Shown: positions 1 to 17,356 of the stretch, one piece after another
How the letters are laid out: each line of letters begins with the position of its first letter
Position numbering within the stretch: position 1 is the stretch's first letter
Assembly: GCA_045837725.1 (NCBI GenBank)
Contig: JBEWZL010000149.1
Location: 62,001-111,151 of the forward strand
DNA length: 49,151 bases
Source: Vermamoeba vermiformis
Taxonomy: Eukaryota
Direction: 5' to 3'
Program-made: the position numbers and the translations under genes
Notes under the pieces: model-generated
The model's input: the letters and a program-made list of their open reading frames with translations, nothing else
What the model was told of the DNA's origin: nothing
Database searches by the model: none

Positions 1-12
1 CGATTTGATTAG

Positions 13-125
13 GCTCTGCTACGCCTACTTCATCTCCTGTCGCAACCACTCCTGCTAAAAAGTCTTCTGCATCCGTTGCTGCTTTCAGCGGATTTGTTTT
101 GTTGGCTGGATTATTTGCTTTTTAG
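13..125 (+). CDS. 3' terminal exon of a gene entering from the left; likely GPI-anchored surface protein
   Basis: After acceptor ttag (9-12) it reads SATPTSSPVATTPAKKSSASVAAFSGFVLLAGLFAF*: Ser/Thr/Pro stalk, small residues, then a hydrophobic tail typical of a GPI signal. Confidence 0.7.
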
Positions 126-176
126 AAGCGTATTTGCGTTAATAAATATGATTTTATTTGTTCGTATTTATTTGTA

Positions 177-4071
<3,895 letters not shown>

Positions 4072-4305
4072 CTTGCGCTGCAATCGCCAGTGAAATAAAT
4101 AATGATAATAGTTATTCACAACTGATTTGTTTTTGGCGCGACGAGCCCTAATTATGGTTTTAAGTGAAATCTCATAATTTGCCAAAAATAGTAATTGCAA
4201 CGATCCACCACTCTGCGTTAGGAAGTATTTGATCTTAATGGAGACTAAGGTAGATAAATAAAGGTTTATGAAAATTGTACAAGTTTAAACGGATCTAGCT
4301 GGAGG

Positions 4306-7300
4306 TTATTTCTTTTCAGCCAGTATTTTCTTCAGTCGTTCATTTTCAGCCATTAATACTTCAACTTCGTTGCCTAGCGTCTTAATATCCTCCTATAAAT
4401 AAATCATCAGTATTGAAACTAATTTCCAGTACGCTACTTTAATTCATGAAAGAAATCTCGTACGCGAGATTAAAACGAAATTGAACGCTACATGAGGGTC
4501 AAAAATAAGACGTACCTGTAACTGCATGTTCTTCAACAACGTTTCTTCCATTACTGAGCCCATCTTATTAAACTTTTCATTTTCAAGCGCGTCTTTACGA
4601 GGACTCGAGAACAATCCACCGCTTTGCGCTGGAGTACTTGCTGACGGTTGTTGCGCCATATTAGCACCCATATACATCGAAAATTAGTCATCCGAGCATT
4701 ATGTACCAAGGAAGATAAAAATATGGCAATAATTTCTGCGAATAAAAAAACCATTTCGTACCTTGAGCATTAACTGTTGCTTTTGAATCAATCGACTCTT
4801 CTTGTCGAGTTCAATCGACAACTCGTTGATAGTATCTTTATACACATTCATCTAAATGGTTCATAGTAAGTAAGACATCGGACACTGCGGGATCTGAGCT
4901 AGATCTTACCTTCTCCTCCAAGAAGAAATTACGCTCTTGCAATTGACCCAATCGTACTCCCAAGATCTCAATATCCTTCTGCATCACGTGCGTAGTCGGT
5001 GCAGAGTTGTGTACTTGACTCGCGGTAATTGAGATAACAGGAGCTACGAGACCGGGGTTGTAGGTCGGAGTGGATGTGCCCGAGTTGTCTGTAGATTTGC
5101 GCGGTGAGGGCGTGGGAGTTGGTCGATCGAATTCAGCTGAAGACTATAAGCATAATATGATTAGTTGGAATACTTTCATAAAATATATTGAGTGTCAAGA
5201 GCTTACTCTGCTGGATTGGCCGCCAGTGCTATTTTCTCGACGATGACCATAGTTCGAAGAAGTACGATGAAGAGCTGTGGGACATGTTAATACAATACTA
5301 AGGGGCGTATAATATTGTGTACGTACTTGGAGTAATGGATCCGGATGCGGTCAAGCTGATCGAAGGCGAAGGCGGGGCAGCAGCTTGAAGTGCTTTAATT
5401 TGAGCTTGCAATTGTTTGACCATATTAATATTCTGCTTTTCAGCGATGGTGTGCTGCATTTGCAAGTCTTTGATGTGTTGCTCCAATTCCGCAATTTTAT
5501 TCTGACGCTCTTCGTGCGCCGCTTTTTCGTTGGAAATTTCGTCGTCCTTTGACTTCAAACTGCTCTCTAATTGCGTAACTTTGTCGCTAAGCTCGGCTAG
5601 TTTCTGCTGAGTAGTTTGATTTTCTTCTTGGAACTTTTTGTTTTGTTCTTCAGCCGTGTCTTTTTGGCCCTTTAACTCGGTCAATTGTGCCTCGATTTGT
5701 TCGATCTGCAAAAACGAGAATAAGACAATGATATTATAGGGCTATATATATATATTATATCGATCTTACTTGAGCCTTCAACGTAATGTTTTGTTCGGTT
5801 TGTTCTTTAACGCTATTTTGTTCTTTTTCTAATTCGCTCTTGTACTTGCCGCATTGAATAGCTGCGTTTTGGTGTTTTTCTAAATATAGAAATCGTTAGT
5901 TAATCTTTGCAAAAATGATCGTGCAAACGGTTTTACCTTTCAACGTGGCAACTTCTTTCTTCAATTGTTCCAAATCACTTTCAGCGCCAGTCACGGTGTG
6001 GGAAAGTTTCTAAAAAAGGAAATGTTAGCATACTTTGCAAAGCCAACGTCGATAAAATAATAATAAGACGAACCTCTTTCTCTTTCAATAGCGCGGTCAA
6101 TTGAGCCGCAGTATCATGATGTTTCTTTTGCAATTCTTCGTGTTGAGCCGTGACTTGTTCGTATTTCTTCGTAATATCGGAGAGGTCGTCCGAGAAATGT
6201 TGCAAACTTTCGCGCAAGGTATTAATTTGGCTATCCTACAATCACGAATAAACATTAGATACCTCGAACAAAGAATATCATTTTAAGTCATTCGTACCTT
6301 AGCTTGCAATAGTTCATCACGTTCATTAACAAATGCATCCGAGCGAACTGAATTCTTTTTCCACTCATCAGCTTGTTCTTTCAATTTGGTTGCTTTGGTG
6401 TTCAACTCGTTGAATTCTTTTTTCAACTTGTCGCGCTCACTGTTCCATTGCTCAGTTTTTTCCTGTTTATCAGTAGTCGGTTAGAGTTTGACAAGCGATA
6501 TTGCATATGACACGTGTCACAAAAATAGTTTGACACGTGTCATTGTATCGCAACGTACCTTCAATGTCTTTTCAGCGCGGTTCCTCTCCTGCATAATGGC
6601 CTTTTCAAGTTCTTGCACACGAGCCTCCAAGTTCTGAATGGCGTCACGTGCTGCGTCGAGTTCTTCCGCCTTGCCGCCCATGCGCTTGATAATCTCTTCG
6701 CGGTCTTTATTTCCAACGTCAACTTCTTTGCGCAATTGTTCAGCCTGTAACACCAACAAAAGGTTAAAATCATTATTATGGTATGATTTGGCTATTGCTT
6801 TGTTAGTACTTACGTTCTTTTCAGCAGCGGTAACTTTCTCCTTCAATTGCTCTAATTCAGTAGTGTGGGCGGCCTTCAATTTTCTACGAAATTGTTAGTC
6901 AATTGAGCTGACAGTTCGACAGCCTAAAATAGTGATCAGTATTACTGTCAATGACTTACTCGACCTGTTGCTGCTTGTCTTTGATCTTCTCTTGCAAATC
7001 AACCATGCCTTGCGTCAAGTCTTCAACTTCTTTGGCATGTTTTTCTTTCATCTCGGCGAGGGACGCGTTCAATCTTTGCAGTTCTTCGTCTTTGGTTTTA
7101 ACGAGCTCTGATTGGTCAGCTGACGCGGCTGATTGTTCTTTCAGTGAATTGAGTTCCGATTCCAAATGTTCGCGAATCGAATTCTTCTCGGCGAGATCTT
7201 TTTCGAGATCAGCGGACTTTTTGGTCAAAGCTTCAATTTGCGAATTCTTTTCGTCGGTCAATTTTTCCAATTGTTGCTTCATTTCGTCATTTGCAGATGT

Positions 7301-9912
7301 CAATGACTTGATTTCAGCGCTCAGTTGTTCATTTTGGGCCTTGAGTGTCGTCAATTCGTTAAGTTTTTCCGACATCTCTTCGTTGCCTCGTTCCAAGGTC
7401 GCGAGTTTTTCCGCTTTAGCGGTCAATTCTTCATTTTGAGCCTTTAAAGCGTCAAGTTCAGCTAATTTAGCCTTATTTGACTCATTTTCAGCTTTGAGCG
7501 AATCCAATTCTGCCAACTTTGCAGTCGATTCTTCGTTATTCTTCTTCAAAAGTTCAATTTCGCTTAGTTTTTCCGTCAACTCTTCGTTAGTCTTCTTGAG
7601 GACTTCGATCTCTTTCAATTGTTCCGTCAAACCTTCGTTATTTTTCTTGAGCTCTTCAATCTCGTTTAACTTTGCGCTCATTTCATCGTTCTGAGATTTG
7701 AGTGCATCGAGATCGGACAATTTCTTCCTCAATTCACCGTTCTCCGTGTCAAGATCGATAACTTGTTGCGCCAGGTCTTCATTGTTTATCTTGAAAAACT
7801 CCATTTCCTTCAATTTCGCCGCCAATTCTTCGTTGGTCTTCTTTAAGACGTCGATTTCTTTGAGTTTTTCCGCCAGATCCGCGTTCTGTTTCTTGACTTC
7901 ATCGAGTTCCTCCACTTTTTTCAACAATTCTTCGTTGCCTTGCTTAAAGATTCGAGATCGTCAATCTTTTGACGCAGTTCTTCGTTGTTCTGTTTCAACG
8001 CGGCAATCTCTTTGAGTTTTTCCGATGACACTTCGAGACTTTGCGTTAATTCAGAGACCTTAGAATTCAATTCTTCTCGTTCAGCAGTCAATTTGCTGAT
8101 CTGCGAATTCAATTCTTCTTTCTCCTTGGTCACTGATTCAACTTGCTTTGCGCCAGTTTCTTCGTGCTCCTTCAGTCTTTGCAACAATTCGTCATTCTGC
8201 TGTCTCAATTGTTCCGCTTCTTTCGTTACTTCTTCGAGTTTTCCCTGCGTCTCTTGTGCACCGCTAGCCAATTTAGCAGTCAACTCGTCATTGGTCTGTT
8301 GCAGCTTGTTGACTTCAGCCTCCAAAGTTGATTTTTGTGCGGAGATTTGTTCGAGATCTTGTTGCAATTTAGTAGCCGCGGCATCACTCTGCGATGATTT
8401 TTCAGTCAATTTTGTCAACTTTTCGTTGACTTCTGCGACGAGTTGATCGCGTTCATGAAGCTGTTCGACCAAGGTTTGCTTCTCTTGCCTGACATTCTCA
8501 AGCTTGTTTTGAAGCTCGCTGACTTGTGCTTGGTACTCACTATTCGATTCAACAACATTTTGTAGCCTAGTTGAATTTCACATCAATACGCAAATTCAAA
8601 AAGTGACCGGATCCAATTAAAAAAATAATTTCATATTTGCGAAAACTAAATAAATAAGCACTATAATAATATTATAATGTTATTATTATGGTACTTACTT
8701 TTCACTGAGCACGGTCAAAGCTTGATTATCAGATTGTTGTTGCGAATCGAGTTCGCTGTGTTTCTTTTCAGCCGAAGCAAGTTGCGCAATCTTTTCGCTC
8801 AAATCTTTGCTGAGCTGTTCTATTTTTAGCTCGTGTTGTTTCTCGTTCGATTTTAAGGTCTCGAGTTCAGTGTCTTTCAACCGAACATTTTCTTCGAGTG
8901 TTTGCAACTTCTCTTGAAAACCCTTGATAATATCTTCTTTCTTATGAATTTGCTGTTGCAATTCTTCCTTCAATTTATTAACCTCGTCTATAATATTTTC
9001 AAGCGATTAGATTCTGAAACAATGGAGATCTAGTGTACGATCCAACAAAGAAAATTCAATAGAAAGTTTGTAAATGCTCTAAATATAGTAAATATATCAT
9101 AGATAATGATATTAGTACTACATATCCCATATTAGCGTTGATATAATTATTTGATGCAAGATCTCATACCGTCCGAATGCGCGGCAACTCCATTAGTACC
9201 ATTAGCTTGATTACTGCCACTTTTCTTCAATTTATCGAATTCTTCTTGCAATGTTCGATTTGCTTCGTATAAACTCTTAATATTGCCCTTCAAAGCAGCT
9301 TGCTGGATTTGAAAAAAAAAGGTAGCGACGTTAGATCCGAAATAACGAAGTGAGGAGAGGAATTTTATGTGTAAAGACATGTATTTACCTGTTCTCTATT
9401 CTCTTCTGTTAGTTGCGTAATTGTTTGCATTAAATTCTTATTTTCAGCTATGATCGCAGCAATTTCAGCTTTATCTCTCGATTTTGACATTAGATCTGCT
9501 CATTAAATTAATTAATATTATTTAAAAATCATTCGGAAAAGCATGTAAACCGTTAGTAAGCGTTAATTTGGTTGCGTGTCTTCCGATCAGAATATCGCAT
9601 CTATTTTTCAATTAAAAATTTTCAAAACTTACCTGTCAATCTCTTAAGCTCCTTTTCCTTCTCTAATAGAGTATGCTCAAGATGCTCGAAGTCTAAATAA
9701 ATTTTATATAATTAATTATCGAAAAGATACGGGTATTTTATTATTAGCCAAATTATAAATAGATCGGCCGTAATTAATATCCTACCTTGATTTCTCTTAT
9801 TTTCGCGCTCAATATTTTCATATTTTTCTTGTTTTAATGCCAAGAGCTGCATTTGGAGAGTATTAAACTCTTCAAAGCTGATCGACACGGCTTCGTTGGA
9901 TTTGTCAGCCAT
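4306..9912 (-). CDS. Large coiled-coil protein, GRIPAP1/GRASP-1-like termini; apparent 1-nt deletion near 7944
   Basis: N-term SFEEFNTLQMQLLALKQEKY and C-term MEETLLKNMQLQEDIKTLGNEV resemble the conserved ends of GRIPAP1 as recalled; long heptad-rich ORFs 6956-8472; multiple GT-AG introns. Confidence 0.75.
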
Positions 9913-10568
9913 GATTTATATTCAGCTTAATAATACTAATATTAATAAAAATATTTGACGAGGTCCTCGGTCCAAATATAATGTTGGCGTGATCCACGTA
10001 AGATGCGCTGTTTGCAATCTCGACGTGGACAAAGACGTCTGCTACTTGCGAACGAAATTCACGTTCGAATTAGCACAATACGCAATAATAAATATACTAC
10101 TACAAGGCGTGTTCGCGTCCTTGCCAAGTTAAGAACTAAAAACAAAACTCGCAATTCAAAAATTTTTATTTGAAACAACCACGCACCAGATCTGCCTTAT
10201 AATTATTATTATAATTCGTAAATAATGCAGTATATTTAGCTCGGCGTTTGATTATGATCAACAGCAAAATGATTATATTTGCACTTAATGCTTACAGCTG
10301 CGCTTACTAAGGTAACGGAATAATTGAACGGCCAATCAAGGCCAGGAAAAATCTAGCTTATTCTGCAATCAATGATTGAAAATTTCAAATAATAAAATAT
10401 TAATAACAAAACGAAACCAGATTTTTCGGATGAAGGGTAATTAAAAATTACTTGAATATTTGATATGAGGACCAATTCCGTGTCCCCTTGTGTACTAAAA
10501 GATTATAAAAGAATATTTAGGTCAAGTTAATTAAGTACGAAGTAATCAACCAAACCTTTAGCTTTCAG

Positions 10569-11353
10569 ATGCCAACTTCCAAACCAGTTCTCGTAGTTGC
10601 TATTGCCCTTTGCTTTGCAACGATTGTTCTTTGCTATGCTCCTGCCAAACCAAAGCCACCAAATCAGTTCCAAGCATCGTACTTCACTCTTGGCTTGCAT
10701 TATGACTTCACACGAATCTACTTTGATGCGATCGGCAAACAGTAAGTGTAGCGAAACTCAAAGCAATCTATAAGCGTATTGTCATCGAGTATTATACTAA
10801 GAAGTTCTATTGTTACAGAATCCGAGTAGATTTTTGGAATCAAAAAGGCGAAAAAACAGATTCGTTCATTCGCTTGTTCAACATTGTAAGTGGTTATTAT
10901 TTATTAGTATCATCGTACCTAACAATTTGATTCATACAGGGCAAGATGTACAAGCTAAACAGCACTGCTTGTGAGTTCTACATGCCGCTTCTTCCTTGGT
11001 CAGATCCGTTTGTTATTTTAAACACTGCTACTTTTGCTGGAAACAGAACTTTGCCTGATGGTTCACTTTGTGACGCATGGGTGAATGACTCTGGTAATTA
11101 TATCAATATTCATTGAAATCGGAACAATTCCTAACTATTACACTTAACTATTATCGCAGGCTTCGGATCTAGTTTTGTCTCGTGCTGGAAAGACAACGTA
11201 ATGAAGTTGCAAATAGTCACCGGTAAAAATGTGCCCTCGGTGATTACTTACACGACTGACTACGAGCCCTACGTGGATAAGAACGTGTTTGAATTGCCTA
11301 AGAACTGCAACAACAATCAGAATGTGCGTGGGAAAAAGCCTCATCGAGCGTAA
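10569..11353 (+). CDS. Secreted ependymin-related (EPDR/LolA-fold-like) protein, 4 exons
   Basis: Signal peptide MPTSKPVLVVAIALCFATIVLC; KPPNQFQASY, IYFDAIGKQIRVD, CDAW and C-terminal VFELPKNC pattern typical of ependymin-related proteins. Confidence 0.6.
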
Positions 11354-11806
11354 CGTAGCAGCTAACTCGATCAACTTGTTCGCGCAATATTTGCATTAAA
11401 GACGAGCTTCAGCTTGAAGCTTTTTATTACAATATCTCAAAACAATTGATACATTTGCTATATTGAAACAATTTTAGAGGCCTAAAAGTACGGTACGTAA
11501 CCCTCACGTTTTATCGAATTCATTCTAACGAGTAGATGTTCACAGTGGTTCAGGTCACTATCTTGTGATTGGTGAGAACGACTAATAATATAGCTTATCA
11601 TAGCTGATAAAGTTGTTAACTCAGTTGGAAGCAAAACATTGCGGAGTTCAGTCAATTAATGTCACAATCTGCTGCCAATTTTCGATAGGGTGACATTTTG
11701 TCCCGTTCAAACACGTTTCGTGATTGCGAGATTTCCCGTTGGTAAGAAAATACTTATCGCATGTTAATTAACATTTATGTAGAGCTATACTCCTTAGCCA
11801 CAACAA

Positions 11807-13502
11807 ATGCATTGTATTTTTGCAATTACTGCCACCGTCCTATTGTGCCTTATCGGGCAAGCGCATTTAGCCTGTCAAAGCCAAACTGTGGATCAATGGG
11901 TTCCCGATAATGTTAAGTTGATGTCGCTTGAATTTGGCTTAAAAGACAGTACCAACGGATCGGTAAGAAACTTTCAGAATGTACATCCAGAAGTTGATCT
12001 CAAAAATAAAATTAGGCTCCGTACGTGTGGAAAGTCAAGAATTCGAAAACGAGCCAGGTTTATTTCCAAAAAGATCAGCAAGAACCCGCCATGCTAAACG
12101 CAATTTTGTTTTTAATCAACCGTAAGTTTGTGGATGCGACACGGATGAGGCAAAAAAGTTCTAACTTGAATTTTTATAGAAGCAACGCTCATAGGAGGTC
12201 TTAATATGACGTATATAAACTACTCCACTATAGTCGAGTTCGTTCCAACAGCTTCATTCATTTGCCAAAGTGATACGAGCGCTATTTGGGGACCTACTTA
12301 TCCCGATTACAGAAAAAACGACTACGATCAACGAAGACGATTTCAAAATCTTCAACTGTATCTTCATTATAGTGCTCCTCGAGGTAAGATCATGATCGTA
12401 TTATTCTAGCTGATTTAAAATTTAGAAACGAGCTACATCCGCCAAGTTTTATTTATCAAGAATACTCGGAAGTACACCTGAGCGCGTAGAATTATTGGGA
12501 AGATTTCAAACAGATTCCTATGCGCAAAATATTAGTCCTATTGATAATGAGGGACGCTACTTCACGGGGTAAGAGTAAAGAACGATGAAAAAAAACTCCG
12601 ATTAAAACATCTCTTTTGCAGCTTTCCGTTCCAAGAAGGCGATATGGGATTTAAAGGCACCGATCCTGCGTCAAAAAATTCTCTCATAGTTCCGTCTGTT
12701 CACGTTGAAGGTGTGATCTGACAAAAACTCAAATTAGAAATAATCTAATCTTCCCCTTATTAAGGTTCAAGAGGCCGAGATAAGACAGGTTTAATAGGCT
12801 GCGATTTTTTTAATCTTGTTATCTCGCCGACTTACCGCACAGTTGTTGCACCGGGCGAAGAGATCGCGTTGATGTACATTGCTTCGTTTGGTCTCAACAG
12901 ATCTCTCGCACTAAGCAACGCTGCTGAGATTGATACTGAACCAGCTTATATCTTCCACGGTATAATATTCTATACTCTTGCTAAGTTCATTGACCTTACT
13001 TTTTGTTCCAGATTTGAGCGCGGATCAGTTATTGATGATTCGTAATTGGGATGGATGCCCCGCCATTGCTGTTGGGACTAGTGTAGCTATACGTCCTTCT
13101 TCTGCTTGTTCGACAGATCACATTTGTCAATTCACTGCATCCGTTACTTCAACCAGAGGTTCGTTACAAACATCTTAGGTCTAATTAATCTAATGATTTA
13201 TTTTAGCTTCAACCGGTTTTACGCATCGTGTAGTGAGTTCTAAAGGCATAGAACTCGTTGCAGTTCAATCATCCGGATCATTCTCAGTGCCTGAAACAGC
13301 AGATCTGATGACTCATCAGCTGTGGTACAAAGATTGCCTCGTTAAAGAGACCTTATTTAATAAGACAGGCTCTTTCGAACCAGTACCATTCCCAGTCACT
13401 GCGACGCCTTTCACGGAGGCGGCACCTTCTCAAATCGTTAGTGATGCATCAGTACTTGGTATTTCGTCCATTCTCTGCGTATTAGCATTCGTTCTGTTCT
13501 AG
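11807..13502 (+). CDS. Uncharacterised secreted, probably GPI-anchored protein (8 exons); paralog A of tandem pair
   Basis: Signal peptide MHCIFAITATVLLCLIGQAHLA; C-terminal SDASVLGISSILCVLAFVLF*; exon structure shared with 13674-15289. Confidence 0.8.
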
Positions 13503-13673
13503 AATCAGAACCTTTAATATGCAACGTTTCTAGTTAAATAAAGTATTCTTTGGTCACTTACAGGTGAAATTCCGATGTTTAACGAATGGCAAATGACATT
13601 TTGTCCCATGCGATTAATTTCAGTTTGTCGTACTCTACTTATACGTATGCCAGAAGAGTACTCTCAATTAAAA

Positions 13674-15289
13674 ATGCGATATTTAACAACTCTAACTGCC
13701 CTATGGACTCTATTAGGCCTCTTCCAATTTGTGCATCTGGCTTGTCAAACAGTTGGAGTGGACGATTGGAATAAAGGAATACAGCCTATGAACTTTACTT
13801 TTGGACTTAAAGACAGTACGAACGGCTCGGTAAGTCTTCAAACCCGTCTCAGTAGATCTAACCTAAAATTGATTTAAAGGCGCCCTATCAATGGAACATT
13901 GGAAACGGCATGTATACAACCGCAGGCGATTATTACTTGTATACAAATCAAAGGTCATTGCTGACGAGAATGTATATCTCAATTAACCGTAAGTTTGTGG
14001 ACGAGACACGGATGAGGCAAAAAAACGAAATTCTAATTTCATTAATACACCAGAGACCCCATTACAAGGGGGTCTTAACATGACGGTAATTAACTCCTAT
14101 GCGCCGTTAACCTTGGGGACTGTAGTAGAATTCGTTCCAACAGCTTCGTTCACCTGTCAAAGTGACACGAGCGCTGTTTGGGGACCTGCTTATCCTGACA
14201 GTCGCCAAGAAGACAATAGACCTCGCGGAAGATTTCAAAATATTCAAGTATACTCGCATTACAGCATTCCACAAGGTATACTTAAGGTTGTTTTAATGGT
14301 TTTGGAAACTTACTATATACTCAGAGACGAGCTACATCCGCCAAGTATTATTCATCAAGAATATCGGAAGTACCTCCGAACGAGTCGAATTATGGGGCCA
14401 ATGGTGGGCTAAAGTGTATCCTGGAAACGTCAGCCCGATTGACAACGAAGGTCGTTACTACACTGCGTAAGTTTCCTACACGATAAAAGAAAATTAATTA
14501 ACTTGGCATTTCAAAGCTTTCCTTTTCAAGAAGGAGACGAGGGTCAATTCGGAGATTATCCCGCTACTCGCAGTACTTACATCATCAGTTCGCTGCACAT
14601 TGCAGGTATGCCCAATAACAGCTGCTTGATTATGCTTATAATTCTTTGATTAGGACAGCGTGCTCGAGATAAGACTGGCATCATCGGCTCTGACGCCGTG
14701 ATTTTTATTTCGCCCAATTATCACACGGTTCTCGCGCCCGGTCAAGAGTTCGCATGGATGTTGATCACTTCGTTTGGTCTCAACCAATCTCTTGCACTAA
14801 GCAACGCTGCTGAGATTGATACAGAACCCGCTTATATCTTCCATGGTACGATATCTTATGCTGTGGTTCAAGTTCATTGACCTTACTTTTTGTTCCAGAT
14901 CTGAGTGCGGATCAACTTTCGCTGATTCGAAACTGGGGCGGTTGTGAAGTGATTATCGGACCTGATACTAATGTCACTATCACTCCTCCGTCTCAATGCG
15001 CGAGTGGTCAAACGAATGATTTCACTGTTCAAGTAACGTCTAGCAGAAGTACGTAACAGTCACCATCACGATATTTCAACCTCGTACAAAAGTGACAATA
15101 TTTTTTTGGTCAGATGATTTGACAGCTGGTTTCACGCACCGTGTGATTGGTCAGAACGGCAATGAACTCGTAGCAGCGCAATCTTCGACCACGATCTCAG
15201 TGCCGAATGGTGCAGGCGCAGTGAAACATCAGCTGTGGTACAAAGAGTGTCTCGTGAAAGAAACGAACTTCAACGCGTGTGCCAACTAA
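13674..15289 (+). CDS. Uncharacterised secreted protein (8 exons); paralog B of tandem pair, lacks GPI tail
   Basis: Signal peptide MRYLTTLTALWTLLGLFQFVHLA; shared blocks FGLKDSTNGS, VEFVPTASFxCQSDTSA, SLALSNAAEIDTEPAYIFH, HQLWYKxCLVKET; ends FNACAN*. Confidence 0.8.
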
Positions 15290-15864
15290 CGACAGTACTG
15301 TCGAATAACGAAATTAAATCTTTTGTTCTTTTGCTTCTATGTATCCTCAGAAGGCACTCCGTCTAACAGGCTTTAGTAATTAAATTGTTTCTACGGTGCT
15401 TGCTCGCTTTCTTCGTCGAAGTTAGTACTGCTGAAAGATTCAGCAGTCTCGTGCCTCTACACGATGCAGTTTGAAGCAGATTAGTTGACCAATTAATTAT
15501 TTTAAAAATCAGAAAAAGTTAATTTTACCGTTTTTTTAATTAACTAACCGTTATCTATATCTAATATTTATCGGCAGAGCGTTCAATTTAATAATTAAAT
15601 TATAAAATAATTGATTTTTTGCGATCACGGCTGGCTAAACAAATTTGCTCACCAGGCATTTCACCGGCGATGCAGACAATGACAATAAAATAATAGGTCC
15701 ACCTTATTCCGACATTTGCAGCACGTTTGTTGTTACGAGTTTGATTCTCGAGAAATTGATCAGAAACTCCGAAAACAGCAACAAAATGTCGCGCGTGATT
15801 TCACCCATTTCAGCAAAGGACTTTGTCCACAGCACCACAACTAACACTAACACCAACGCCCAAC

Positions 15865-17356
15865 ATGGCCACTATTAAATTCTACAGCGCTTCTGATGCG
15901 CTCTATGGATGCTTTTCAAATTTCTCTGAGCACGGCGTGTTCATCAACGGCAAAGAATGGCGTACTGTTGAACACTTCTTCCAAGTACGTAATTTAAAAA
16001 TCAATTAAAAATTATAGCGCTGTATTTTGCTATGAATTCTGATTTTTTTCAGATGTCGTCATGATCATTATTAATAATTGATTGTAAGGCTCAAAAATTC
16101 GCTGGAACCGAATATGAAGAGACTGTTCGGCTAGCAAAGACACCCGCCGAAGCTAAAGAGCTCGGCCGCTCCGGAACTCTCCGCGCAGATTGGGAGCAAG
16201 TGAGAGCTGATCCAAAACGTCTTAGCGCAATGATTTCGATATTTATATGCATATTTATTCCTTAGGTTAAAGAAGATATTATGAAGGAAGGTTTACTCGC
16301 AAAATTTATCCGACACAAAGACGCACGCAAAGCCCTCTTTTCGACCGGATCTTACCGCATTGTCGAGCACACACAAAACGACAGGTACTGGGGAGATGGA
16401 GGCGACGGCAGCGGCCGAAATAGACTCGGCGAGCTGCTGGTCCAAGTTCGCGAGGAACTGAAAGTACGGTACGAGGATGAGGCCAAGCAAGTGCTCATGA
16501 ACAGCAAACCCGTCCTTGGAGAACGAGCCAGATCTGCAAAGGTTCGAAAAGTAAGTGATGGCTGCAATGTAATTTGGCTCGGTATAGCTAATTAATCTTA
16601 TTTTAGCAACGGAACGTCTATCGATTTGAAGACGGATCTGCAATTATGGAGAAAAATAACGATGCACACGGCCAAGTTTCAGTTGTTGGCTCAAATATAG
16701 GTACGTATTGATCATAATTCTCACTATATGAGCTGACTATAGGTTTCGGGAACTATATTGACACGTGTCTATTTTTAGATATCCCTATTTCAGCACTGCC
16801 CACGAGTGCCAAATTTGTTGTCCATCGCAATCAGTACCAACGCAAATGGGAACAACGACGCGGTGTGAATACAGAACTCGCTGACCAAGACGATGAAGAT
16901 AATGATCAAATTGACGACGAAAGCGCAAATTATTATTACGATAGAGATCACAAGAAGAATGCCTCATTGGCCGATTATATTAGCGGCTCTTCTAATGAGG
17001 TAAGAATGCCACATCCGCTTCAGATCCGGATCTGAAATGTTAAAATCGTCTATTTGCGTACATGGTGCTAACGTTATAATTTGCAGGAGAGTGGCAGTGA
17101 AGAAGAACAAGTGGCCGACTTTTTGCGATCTCCCGCGGACTGTATTAGCTCGGTCAAGTCAAACTTAGAGCTTTACAATTCTATCGATAAGAACGACACT
17201 AATAACAGCAACGATGAAATGGTTGGCTTTGTTAAAGAAGAGCTTAAGAAGCAACAACAAGCTTTGATCCAGTTCATTGACCAGCCGCAAGAAGAACAAG
17301 TGATGATGGATCTGCTCACCCAACTTGAAGCTCTGAATCTTGTGCTTGCCGTGTAA
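15865..17356 (+). CDS. NADAR (YbiA/RibX-like) domain protein with acidic linker and helical C-terminal domain
   Basis: YGCFSNFS, WRTVEHFFQAQKF, RADWEQVK, IVEHTQNDRYWGDGGDGSGRNRLGELLVQVRE are NADAR family motifs; 6 exons. Confidence 0.9.
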
